A stretch of 64,000 nt of DNA from the NCBI GenBank assembly GCA_001179505.1, contig CDMY01000235.1:62001-126000 (forward strand), given 5' to 3'. The position numbers were made by a program, and so were the translations under genes. The stretch is from Vitrella brassicaformis CCMP3155 (taxonomy: Eukaryota; Protista; Chromerida). The notes beneath the pieces are model-generated. The model searched no databases and had not been told where the DNA came from. It saw nothing but the letters and a program-made list of their open reading frames with translations. Below, piece by piece: positions 37,501 through 49,245 of the stretch; within the stretch, counting starts at the first letter, position 1, and each line of letters starts with the position of its first letter.

Positions 37501-40500
37501 CGTGTCGCCACTGCCACTGAGCGTGCCCGCCATCAAGGCACCGATGTACCCCACATCGTCCGCAGCGACGGGCTTGACGCAGCAGGTAAGCCCCCGCAGC
37601 GCCACGCTGAGGGCCTCCATCCCTGCCGCTCCCTCGCCCTCAAGCTGCCGCCTCAAGTCACCGAGTGACAGCAGCGCCAGGAAGCGGTAGGCCATGCTGC
37701 ACGAGAGGGGGTCGGCGGGCGGTGTTTGTTCTGCGGCGTGCATGAGTTTGGCTTCGAGGGCCACACGGAAGACGGGGTGGATCTCCAGTAGACGGACAAA
37801 CAGCTGGGAGATGCGATCGAAAACTCTGCATACGTGAGAACCAACCGGTATCATTCATGAGAGCTATACGTCCATCCGCTTCGACTAATCGATAGTATCT
37901 CACCTCCTAGCTTGTGTAGGCACCATCTGGCCCCCGTGCATGACATCCATCAGGCCCTCCCACACCGTCCACAGCAGCTCCATCATCGTCACCCGGCCGT
38001 CGAGACCGTTCTCATCCCCTCCTGCAATGCCACCCAGCCGCCACTTGATGACCTTGACGCCTCTCTGTCTCGTCGACGCGCCCCTTTCTCGAGGGCTGCG
38101 CTCTCGCGGAGTGCGCGGCCCCAGGATGGGCGTGTTGGGCTGAGAACGGGCGGATGATGGGGTCTGCGCACCTGTGAGCCAGTCAAACACGACCTTAACA
38201 ATCCCCACCTTTTGTTTGTGCGGCGAGCGTGTGTGGGTGTGTGTCTGCTCTGCTCTGCACTGCGCGAGCCTCACCCACCATGTCTGCCGAGGGGGCTTGT
38301 TGACGGCGTTGGGTTGACGCTTGTCGATGGCTCGCTCCCCGGGAGCACCTCCACTACACCCTCGGAGTTCGGCAGCAGACACTTGGACCGACACTGTGGC
38401 GGCGGGGGCGCCTCATCCACACCAAACGCCGCCAGTATGCCGCTCCAGAGAGTGAAGGGGCGCGACAGACTCACTCGAGACCCCGCAGCCAGCAGTGATC
38501 CAGCAGAGGTGATGGGAGGCGGTGGCGGCCGCAGCGCTGATGTGGACCTTTCCCCCGGCCCCACGTGCCTTATCGGGCTGTCGTTGAGCGACCGGGGCGT
38601 CTGCGGCGAACCACTCGGTGTCTGCGCGGCCGTGAAGTGGACGTCGCGGGTGATGGGGAGGGTGAGGGACTGCAGCGGCTGGTGCAGTGCCATCAGGAGG
38701 GCCACGGCGTTTTCCATCATCTGCCCGTCAACCTTGCTGTCGGCCGGACCCTGCTGCAGGCCGCCGAGGAGGCCGCTGAGCAGGTCGAGCAGCGGCAGGA
38801 GTGAGTAGGGGAGGTGGTCCTTCAGGTGTGTAGACAGGTAGTGGAGGCCGGTGTGTCCTCTGATGTCGGCCAAGGCGACGGAGCAGAGCTGCGGGTGAGA
38901 GGCGTGGAGAGCGCCGGTGAGCGTTGCGATCCGCCGGAGACCGATCAAGTGGGCGGGGTCGAAGGCAGCGCACACCGCGCGGATGAGCTCCACCACGACC
39001 GACTGAGAGACAATAAAGCGGCATGGATGTGTGTCTGTCGACGTGTATGTATTGTGTTGGGGATGGGATGTGTTGTGGCTGACCCACCACACCACACCAC
39101 ACCTCACCCACCCGGTATTGGAAGGAGTACTTCATCTGGCTGGTGCGCCTGCTGCCGACAAATCCCATCAACGACCGATTCTCTACCATGTCAACTGCAT
39201 ACCATACACGGACGGACGGGCAGAACAATAACCAACAGAGGTACAGAGCGGTCAGCCAGCGTCCCCCAGAGTGACTGACTGGCTTACTCAAAGTGAGAGC
39301 GAAGATGGGTGTTCTCATCAGGGCGTGTGCGGTGAAGCCGATCGACGGGCTGCCACCGCCCAGCTCGTCGTCCCTATCGCGGTCATTCAGTGACGCAGCC
39401 GACCAGTGCGCGCCCTCACGGGAGGCCGTCAGACACAGCACAGACGCCCACCCCATCAGCACCAACGACGCCACCGCGGGGCAGTTCTGAACAACCACAG
39501 AAACAAACAGACGGGCAGAGAAGCATCGACGTGGATTGTGAGTTGTGTTGTCCCTGCCGCCCCGCCCCGCCCCGCCGATCCCTCCCTACCCACCATTTCC
39601 ATGTCAAAGAGCTTCATGAGCTCGTCTTCCATCGTCCCTGCCGCCCCCTCGGCCATCCCCTCGTTTGTATCGGTCATGGCCCCAGCACCACCGCCACCCC
39701 CCATGCTCACACTCATGGCCACCTCGCTCACAGCAGCGTTGGTCCGCGGGGTCTGGGATCCGCCCCGGGTCAGTGGTGGTGTGGGTGGCCGCTGGTCGCT
39801 GCCCATGCGTGTGTCGAGTGCCTGCGCCCAGTCCATGCTGAACTGTGTCTGCAGCTGGGCGAGGGTCTCGGCCTGCAGCAGCGGGTGTTTGTCGACAGCG
39901 CCGCCCTCGCCGATGTGCCTCAGACACAAGCCCTCCAGCAGCACCAGGCAACACATGCCGCCCACCTCCCTACACCCCACACAACCACACAGGCATAGCT
40001 ATAACACACGAAGGGAGGAGACTTGGCTGACTGACCTGCTGAGGTGAGTGAGCAGTGGGCTGGTCTTGAGGAAGTGGTGCTCCTCCGCCACCTGCTTCAT
40101 GATGCCGCTGAAGCGCTGCTCCCAAAACATGCTCGACAGCTGCTTGAAGCTCGGACCATCCATACCATGCTGCAATGCACACACACACAGACAGACATAA
40201 CATACAGACATAGGCCAGGCCGATCCATCATAATGAATGCAATGCACACTGTGGTGTGGTGTGGTGTGGTGTGGGTACGTCTCTGAGGGTCTGCAGCGCG
40301 AGCATGCACTTGAGGGTGCCCAGCTGCAGCAGCAGGGTCTCCTTGACTGTCTGCTCCGCCATAGCCATCCAGTCCTCCTCGGGCTCCTTGTCTTGACCCT
40401 TCGGCTCGGCAAAGCTGCCCGTCCTGATGAATAAACAGATGAAAAGACTCGTCCATCGATGCAGCCCTCCATCTATCCATCCATAAGTCCACTTGTGTGT

Positions 40501-41270
40501 GTGCACCCACCTTGGGTCGGTGTCTGCTTGGGTCTTCTTGCCCGCCGACGCAGCCATGACTCGTTCGGTGCTGGAGAGCTTCTCATATGTGGTCTGCAGC
40601 CGCTTGCGGATGTTGTGGTGAGTGTCCAGGGTGTGCAGGCACTGCTGACAGTCTCGGTACAGCTGGTGACCTGACGACCAACCACACAGACAGTCCACAG
40701 ACATACGTGTGAGTAATGCCAGTGCACTCCCTCCCTCCCTGACTCACCAGGGTCGCCTGCAATGCGGAGGACGGCCTCCAGACAGTCGAGCAGCGCACAC
40801 TGCTCCTCCAGCATCACCCGGTGCAGCGCCACACACACCGCCGGCCTCATGGCCGCCTCACCGACCCGCCCGTCCAGCAGCCGCCCGTCCACCAGCGGCA
40901 GCAACCCGTTGGGCGTCTCGCCATGCACCACACAGCATCCCTTCTCCAGCTCGTGTGAGTAAGCCTTCAGGCAGCACCAGGCCACCCACTCAGACAGGCT
41001 CTCGGTGCCGTCATCTCGAGTCGGATTTCTCCTGGCCAGCACTTTGGCAGTTGCCTTGACGAGCAGCTTGGTGCATTCGGGCAGATCTGCCGGCAGCGAG
41101 GCTCCGGGCGGCGGCGGGGCACCGGGCATGTAGAACTCGAGCAGTTTCGAGAGCTTCTGGATGATGACCGAGTCATTGATAATGTCGAGCGGGGCCGATG
41201 AGGTGTCGTAGAGGTAGGTCCTGAGGTACTGATTGGACAGACGGCACAGCGCCCTGTCTGTCGGCATCAC
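28562..41270 (-). CDS. Very large alpha-helical solenoid protein, Nup188-like scaffold nucleoporin
   Basis: Same-strand exons with canonical splice sites run for 12.7 kb. The N-terminal segment EEQCALLDCLEAVLRIAGDPG-HQLYRDCQQCLHTL...EEDWMAMAEQTVKETLLLQLGTL resembles the Nup188 N-terminal pattern (EER..L.C..HLL..FQD..HPY; W..Q.L.EQ..LL). Leu-rich helical composition throughout. The start codon and the single-gene status are not proven. Confidence 0.55.
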
Positions 41271-41568
41271 CTGAGTGACTCCGGAGGGACCAAAATGACT
41301 CAGTCGCGGGATCTCCGCACTTGTCGTGAAGATCAGCTACACGATCACATGACGACGCCAGTGGCCGTCATTCTGCTGCAATGCGGGAAAAGGCCGCATT
41401 TTCGTGCTCCTCGCTTAAAGCTCGCAAACCCTAGACCCCAAACCCTAGTCCCTTCGCTTTTTTTGGAGGCTTTTTCGGGATTGCAGGGGGAGAGATCTGC
41501 AAACCTCTTTTTCCCTTTGGCGCTTGCCTGCTGACGTTGCCTCATACTGCCGGCCAGCAGCACCGAAG
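41271..41568. promoter_or_regulatory. Probable bidirectional promoter between the Nup188-like gene and the maleate isomerase-family gene
   Basis: Divergent genes about 200-300 bp apart. A short first exon of the Nup188-like gene may lie near 41345-41370. Confidence 0.4.
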
Positions 41569-42869
41569 ATGCCGCACCCTCCTGCAGAAGCGCATCAGTT
41601 CCCCGAGAAGCGCGATGCCCTCGGGTGGCGCAAGAAGATGGCCGTCATCATGTAAGGACGGCAAGGCAAGCCAAGGGAGAGAGAGGAGGGGAGGATAAAA
41701 TGCTGCTACGTATCACATGCATGTCTCGTGATTCTCGTGGCGTGTGTGTGCGTCTGTGTGTGGATGCAGCCCTTCCACAAACACGATTGTCGAGCCCGGT
41801 GAGCGAAGGCAGCTCATGCAGCAGCTCAGTGCAGTGCATGCGCATCCTCAATGTATGTTTCTCTGTTGGCTGTGGCTGTGTGCGCGTGTGGTACCGTATG
41901 GCTCTTTTGTTTGTTCAGATCTGTATGACATGTGTCCGCCCGGCGTGACGGTGCACATCTCGCGCATCCACCTGCGAGACCAACGCATGGGCGACAACAA
42001 GGAGATGGAGCGCCTGCTCGAGCAGATACGAGAAGGTTAGTGGATGGGTGGGGATGGGCACACAGCCAGCCAACCAGACAAACAGAGAACGTTCATGAGT
42101 ATCTATCGGTTCAGAGATCAAGTATGCGGTTGAGCGTGTGATGACGTGCAAGCCCGACCACATGGTCATGGGCATGTCGGCTGAGACCTTCTGGGGCGGC
42201 ATGGAGGGCAACAGGCGATTCAAGAAGGAAATCATCGAGTGGTCCGGGCTCGACGTCGCCACCGGGGCGGAGGCCTGCGAGCGGGCCCTCAAGCTCTTCG
42301 GAGCCAAGAAGATCGGGTCAGCCGCCGCTCACACACACACACACACACACACACACCGCACGAATCGTCAGACTATCTATGGCTCTGTGTGTGTGTGTGT
42401 GTGTGTGTGCAGTGTGGTGACGCCCTATCAGCCGGTGGGCGATGAGAACGTGATAAAGTTTTTCAACGAGATCGGCTTCGAGGTGGCGGCTCTGGAGGGC
42501 CTCAAGTGCGCCACGGCGGTGGACATCGCCCATGTGCAGGAACACGAGCTGCGCGAGGCACTCAACAAGGTCAACAGTCCTGACGTCGACGCACTCGTAC
42601 AGGTCGGTCACAACGACAGTCACACACACAAGACAGAAAGACACAGAGAGGACAACTGATTGAGGGGCAAATCGTATCTGTGCGTATGTATGTACGGTGG
42701 TTGTCAGGTGGGCACGAACCTGAGCATGGTGCGCTTGGCTGACGAGGCGGAGCGTTGGCTCAAGAAGCCCGTCATCGCCATCAACGCCGCCACCTGGTGG
42801 ATGGGGCTCCGCGACGCCGGCATCGACGACAAGATCTACGGCTGCGGACGACTGCTGCGCGATTTCTGA
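41569..42869 (+). CDS. Maleate cis-trans isomerase / arylmalonate decarboxylase family protein (Asp/Glu racemase superfamily), 6 exons
   Basis: The reconstructed protein reads LGWRKKMAVIIPSTNTIVEPDL...PPGVTVHISRI...DHMVMGMSAETFWGG...LFGAKKIGVVTPYQPVGDENVIKFFNEIGFEV...DVDALVQVGTNLSM...KKPVIAINAATWW. All five introns splice in frame. Confidence 0.9.
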
Positions 42870-42990
42870 CTGAGGCAGCTTTCAAGGGCGGCTGACCAAA
42901 CAGATGAGAGAGAGAGGCAGTGATAGGTATCGCAGGATCGATCGCAGGCAGGGTGTCTTTTTTCGGTGGAGAGAGCCGTGACACTTCTGT

Positions 42991-43027
<37 letters not shown>

Positions 43028-43899
43028 GAGCGGGAGAGCGATGGGCGGATGGTATGGTATGTATGTGTCCCTCTCTGTGTAATTGTACGGCCCCAAGTTT
43101 TTCCGACCCGGGAACATTCCTTCCTGGTGTGTATGTTTCTCGTGGCAAACTCACTCGCCCGCCCGTCTTCCTCCCTGACTTGGCTGTCGTGTCGTGTTTG
43201 TGTACTCGCTGCTGCCACAAACCTTTTTGTGTGCGGGTGGGGTGATGTGGGTGGGGCAGACGAGAGCAATGAGAGAAGAGAGAATGAGAGATGGTGTGCG
43301 TTCGTTGACACAGCGATACTGGGTTGTGTGCGGCTAGAGCTCCTCCTCTGAGCGATCCTATTGAGGTAGACCGACTTCGGGTCAGGCTGTGCAAGCGCAG
43401 GATGACCCGTAGTCGCTCTACCTCGGGGAGGTCGATTGGAGGCGGGACGGCCGACTGACAGATGGATGACAGATGGATGACACACGGCCTTTTGGACATT
43501 CGCGGCAGGGTTTAGTGCGTGCGTGCGTGCGTGTCACCTGATCTCCTCGTGGTGACCGACTGTCTGTGTGTGCATTGCTTGATGTGCCGCGGACAGACAG
43601 ACAGACAGACAGAGGAACGAGGACAACACCGTGCACGCAGGCACGCATGAGTCCAGCCACGCGTCAACGTGCAGAGGGCATTACATTGTTGGGTGAAATT
43701 CTAAGCGCATGCATTTGTTCGAACATTGATCTGGAGGACGGGCAATGACACAGACAGATCTGCCGCTGCTCGGCTGTCGAACTGTCGTGTGCGTGTTCAG
43801 CCCCAGTGCAGTTTCACTGGCTGCAGATCGACCAGTCACGATCATCCACTACGTCTTCCCTGCTGCCTGTTTCTCCTCCTGTGCACCTCTCTCACAGCC

Positions 43900-44356
43900 A
43901 TGATGTCGCCTTCCTTCAGCCTGATCTCTCTTTTGTGCGTCCTCTGTGATGCTGCCGCCTTCGACCTCGACAGCTTCGCCCGCTTTGTGCCGACAGAGAG
44001 CAGCAGCAGCGATGTGAAGCTGTCACTCAGCCATCAGCAGACCACTCAGCTGACCGACAGTGACGAGAGAGAGGCCACCTTTGTGAGCTCTCTGTTTCCC
44101 CTCTCCCCAGGCGATGTTCTCAACACGTGAGGCACTCACACACAACATCGCACCGCAAGGCTGCACTGCATGTTTGTGTGCTTTTTGTGTAGGTATCCCT
44201 TTGATGTGCCTATTCCCTTGCCGCGCCAGCCGATGGCAATTCGGTCTCTGTGGGGCGAAATTGTCGACGATAAGAACGTCAGCGTGCCCCTCGATGAGGT
44301 AATGCGTCAAGGCCACACCCACACCCAGACACAAACACACATGCAGCTGAAGGAAG

Positions 44357-44388
<32 letters not shown>

Positions 44389-45561
44389 CTTCAGGTCTAC
44401 ACGCACCACTGGTTCCTGACCTACACGATGCCCGGCGACGAAAGCAGAAACCTCACACGCGCACTCATTGTGGGCGCCGAGACCAGGGGTCAGTCAACTA
44501 CCACTGCACACACAGGCAGGATTGTTCGCTGCATGCGCGGCCTGTTCGTTGCCCTGCCAGGGACGCCGATAGTGTCGCTGAGCGCTCCTTTTGCCTTCAC
44601 GACAACGGGCGAGGAGTCCTGGTGGCTCAACATGCACCTGCTGAGGACCGACAATGTGACCAATGTGCAAGCCTGCATTCAGGTGATCACACAGCCACAG
44701 ACACGCAACTCACCAATTGGCCACGCAATGCTGCTTGTTTGTGCCCTTCAGTGCCGCTGCGCCCCCGACGGCCGTCACGGGTCGCTCAGCTGCTGCCAAG
44801 ACGGCACCCACTGCCACACATCATTCGACCCATTCGTGACGGCCAGCGACACTGACTTCTTTGACGACCCCGCCCACTGCCCAGACTGCAACTCCAACAC
44901 CGAAGACATCTTCGGGCCGCCAATCCGCAACTTTGTCCCTCGCCCAGCCGCCAAGCACTATCGCGTCAGGTACACTGTCCGCTACGGCGAGGTCACCCCG
45001 GACGTCAAGCCGGTCCGCGCCAACATGGGCATCGACATCGTCAAGGGCAAACAGGAGTACAACGTATTCCCATGCGCCCCCAAAGAGAGTGGGCCTCTCG
45101 CAGCCATGAAGCAGCGGCGCCTACTGCTCAGTGGGGAGGACAGCGAGTGTGTCGACACCAAGAGGGTGACGGTCGTCGTCAACCAGCCCTTCCATCTGAT
45201 CAACGTCCGCTCACACCTGCATGTGGGCGGCATAAGTGCTTCTGTGGCCGGCGTGAGGGAGCAGTGGCAGTGCGACATGCGGGCCATCTACGGCACCACG
45301 CCACGCAAGGCCGGCAACGAGCTGGGCTACGTGACGGGCATCACCCAGTGCCACTACGGTGAGGGCGAGAGGGTGATGCAGAGGGGCGACTTGCTGCGGG
45401 CGACGGTCCACTACAGGCGGGACAAGCACTACGCCGGCGTGATGGGCGGGGCAGTGTTTGTCGGTTACTACCCCGGCGACACGGCGGCATCGACGTCATG
45501 GGAATTCTCGTACACGCAGGTGTCCTATGTCAACGAGACGGACAGCGATGTGCGTGTGTGA
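43900..45561 (+). CDS. Secreted stress up-regulated Nod 19 (SURNod19) family protein
   Basis: Signal peptide [20 protein letters not shown]. Family-like motifs [88 protein letters not shown] and YAGVMG match the plant SURNod19 pattern as I recall it. Confidence 0.8.
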
Positions 45562-47827
45562 ATGTGTGAATGTGTGTGAGTGTGAGGGGAGAGATGTTGA
45601 GATGAGATTGAGTCGTGCCTGTGGGTGGGTGTGTCACGGGGTCCACTCACGCAGTGTTCGCGAAGCTCACTTGCTGGCGATTTATCAAATGCCAGCAAGT
45701 GAGTGAGCTTCGCGGGCGCCGGCGCAGTGGATCTCGTGACACGAACCACACGCAATGCGATTGATGAGTTTGGGATGCGGGCCGTTTTGCCGTTTTTGAT
45801 GCCTGTGTGTGTGTCTGTGTGTCCAGCGGTGTGGTGTTGGTTGGTGTGACTCAAAGATGAGATCAGTGTCAGTGGCAATGTCGTCCATTGGGTGCGTTCA
45901 CTGCATCGATGAGCTTCCTCACTGGGAGGGAAGATGCAGCGAGGCCGTATAAGCCATCTTTTCGGATCGCCTGTGTGCGTGTGGCAGTTGTCTGTGTATC
46001 TGTGTGGTGCTTGTCGGAGTATCGCATTGGTTGGGAGAGAGAGGGTCGACGGAATGGATCTGTGGGCGTCAAGCGCAGCAGTCGCCGAGACGTTTATCTG
46101 AGTAGCGATGTGCACCACCCTGACGTGACTCGTCGACGTTATCGTCAACGGGGCGAATTCACCAAATGCCGTGTGTTTCACTGTTCGTTTGTCTGATGGG
46201 TGTCCTGTTTCCCCGCTCCTGCACGCTGTCTTGTGTGTCGGTTCGTTCCGTCCCGCAGACTTCGTGTGTGAGCGGGGGCGAAGGACACCCAAAGGACACA
46301 GACGAGAGAGAGAATGGCAGACACTCTTTGTCAGTCAGCCTGACAGACATGGGCTGCTCTTGACCCATGTGTGTGTACTCGATGTGTCTCGTTTGTGGGA
46401 TTCTCTGTGCGATTGCATCCTTAGCACGGCAGAGGTGTATGTGGCCTCAGCACTGTGATGTTTCAGTGGGTGGGCTCCGTACGCTGACGCCGGCTGAAGG
46501 ACGCAGTCGTGCAAGAGAGAAATGAGTGCGATGGATGATGGGACAGCTATGTAATTGTCATCTCACAGCAGATTGCTGACGTGTCCCTCATTTATCCATT
46601 CACATCCATCCATTCGAGCGCCACCGCCAACCACATGAAGAGGACGTCAGTCACCGCCCTGCATCGTCTTGAGCTGGTTGTGTGTACTGCGTCTTGAGCT
46701 GGTTGTGTGTACTGCTGGCCAAAGCGATGAGGCTTTTGGTGTGGCTGTGCTGCCTTTTGGAACTATGTGTGTGTAAGTGACTTCGGTTGTGTCGGGAACT
46801 GACTCAGCCAAGGAGACTCGCGGGCTCATCTGCGCATAAGCAACACAGCTGTGCCGAGCCAGTCTGACGATTGATCGGTCATTCATTCATGAGACGACTG
46901 GCGCGTGTCAATTCTGATGGACAGAGAGATGCACACAATCAACGCGACATTTATCATCCATCACACATACGGTCCGGTCCGTCTACACCGCACACGAGAG
47001 TAGCAAGAGGACTGCCGGGCCGTCGACACGTAGAGAAGGGTCGCGGAAATATAAAATGTAGGCAACGATCTGCAGACAGACACAGACCAATCTCAAACAA
47101 GGATCCCCACGACTGTCTCGTCATGTCTCTTACCTGGCGTGGATTGGACGTCATGTCTCTGTGGCCGTGTGGTGGGGATCGCTGGCAGATGCGCGCTGGC
47201 CTCGTCTAGGGCGTCGTCAGCCTCCTTCCTGCATAAGCGCTTCGGCCTCTCCAGAATACAGCCGAAACACCAGAAACGAATGCTCGGGGGCAGCGTGGAA
47301 GGGCGTGTGTGTCAGCTCCCGGTGCTCAGCCTCCTGCTGCGACGCCTTGGTGGGAACGTAAGCGCCGGGAGGCGTCGGGCCGTCTGCAGGTGTGCTGGCT
47401 GGGAGGTCGACGGCATTGGCGAGGTCGATGAAACGGACCGGCGGCGCATTGTGGTGGGCTGATGACTGCGGACAGGTCGACGCGGCGCTCGACTTAGGTT
47501 GTGACGAGTCTGAATATGAAGACAACACACAACATGTGCACACAGTGAGCCAAGAATGCAATGACACCTCATTGTCTGTGCGCCTGTGTACATCTGCCCC
47601 GTTGCCCTTGCTGTGCTCACCTCCATCGATGGCCGATCGCTTGATGAACACGTTGTTGGACCCCACTCCCCTGCATACATCAAGGTTGCATGATTGAAAT
47701 GATTGAAAACCTGCAGACCGCTCGTGCATTATTACTTTTCCGCGGTGTCAAGGATTCGGCGCGCTTTTTCGTCGGTCTGCGGTAGAATGAGAAGTCCCTT
47801 GAGAGCCAACGGCACGACCCAATCGCA

Positions 47828-48440
47828 CTAAGCACGAAGCATGACAAGACAACGACAGAAGAATAGAGCACGAATGAAGAAAGATAAATTGCTTACATTC
47901 AGGAAGCCAGCGACTTCCTTCTCAGCCACGGTTGCGACATCTCTTGTCATCAGCTTGTTCAGCTCGTCAATCAGCAGCACACAACCCTCGTCCGCCAACC
48001 ACTCGTCCACAACGCTCGCCGACACATCAACTCTTGCAGTCCACTCGGAGAAGTTCTTGACGAGCTGTCGCGATGACTCAATATGGCCAGCAGAAGGTAT
48101 GTCTGGCACTTGCTGTGTCCCCACTTTGCTTGTTCCTCTGGCTCACCCATCGCCAGACGGGCCCGATCGCCGCACAACAGATTGACTCGCGAAGAGCCAC
48201 TTGGTGGGCCCGGACGACCAGCCGCATCATCTCCGCCCGCTCCGCCTCCAGTCTCATCTCCCTCTCCATGGACTTGTCGGCCGAAAGCAGCCATATCTTG
48301 ACGGCGAGGTAGCGGCCGTTGAGCAAACCGCCCCGCACGGTCGCCCGTGTCCCATCTCCCAGCTTGTGGGGCAGCTCCAACTCGCCTTCATCGAGAATGA
48401 CGGCAGCACGAACAGCTGCCGTGGACGTGCAGGCATTCAT
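47828..48440 (-). pseudogene. Decayed protein kinase N-lobe fragment followed by a P-loop NTPase Walker-B-like fragment
   Basis: ELELPHKLGDGTRATVRGGLLNGRYLAVKI covers subdomains I-II, then the alphaC-like helix MEREMRLEAERAEMMRL. A frameshift is needed to reach VNLLCGDRARLAM (subdomains IV-V). No HRD or DFG follows. Downstream is CVLLIDELNKL (hhhhDE). Confidence 0.55.
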
Positions 48441-48785
48441 TCACCTTGGTTGCTGTGGCCGTACTCTTTCTAATGCAAGGAAGGCTTTGGAGTGAGTGGA
48501 AGGCCCTGTGGCTCCTGCCAGGGGGGGAGGAGAGAAGAAGTGGCCTCTTTTTTGTGGTGCTCTTTTAGGGTTTGTGGGGTTTGTCGCCATTCTCGACTTA
48601 GCGCCGGGTTCCTTGCCTTCGCCAACGCCATGAGTACGAGCAGCACAGCCCGTGCTGCTGCATCACGCAAAAACCCGTACGTCTGGGTGAGCACAGCGAA
48701 AGGAAGATGAATGCTTCAGAAGAGATCTCGTCAGTCACCGCCTGCGTCAGTCATCTGGCTGCCCTGTTTGTTGCGTGTGTGTCAG

Positions 48786-49245
48786 ATGGCGGCCTTCATT
48801 GGTGCTGGTTTCGCGTGGGCCGGCGGGATTGGGTACTTCGTGTACACCGAGTACTTCAACACGGAGAAGAAGGAGAGGAAGCAGCAGGAGCAAAGGGCCA
48901 AAGAGGAGAAGGAGAAAGAGCTGCGCCAGAGGCGGATGCAGAGGCGGGAGGAGATGATTGACGCCTACAGACAGCAGCGGCAGCAACAGAGCCTGCAGTC
49001 GCCAGCGTCGCCCGATGCGGATGCGGACGCGCCATCTCCTCATGAGCAAGGCGGCTCGTTTGAGGACCGCCTGCAGAAGGAGCTCGACACAACATCGTAA
49101 GTCAGCAAATATGGAGACTAGATGACAGTGTGCACGCATCCCTGCTGCTTCCGCGTCTTGCAGGTACGATTTGTGGCGTAAGGACGGCCTCGATGTGCCG
49201 CCCTCGGAAAAGACCGCAGCAGCGAACACCCAAGACAATGGCTGA
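48786..49245 (+). CDS. Small protein (about 130 aa) with an N-terminal hydrophobic anchor and charged coiled coil
   Basis: MAAFIGAGFAWAGGIGYFVYTEYF, then a KE/QR-rich helix. One GTAAGT...CTTGCAG intron (about 49098-49161) splices in frame to YDLWRKDGLDVPP...DNG*. Confidence 0.65.

Noticed and set aside
46665-46715. 25-bp direct repeat, two copies (cgtcttgagctggttgtgtgtactg)
   Set aside because: Two adjacent copies with no spacer, so a local slippage duplication and not a CRISPR array or element terminus.
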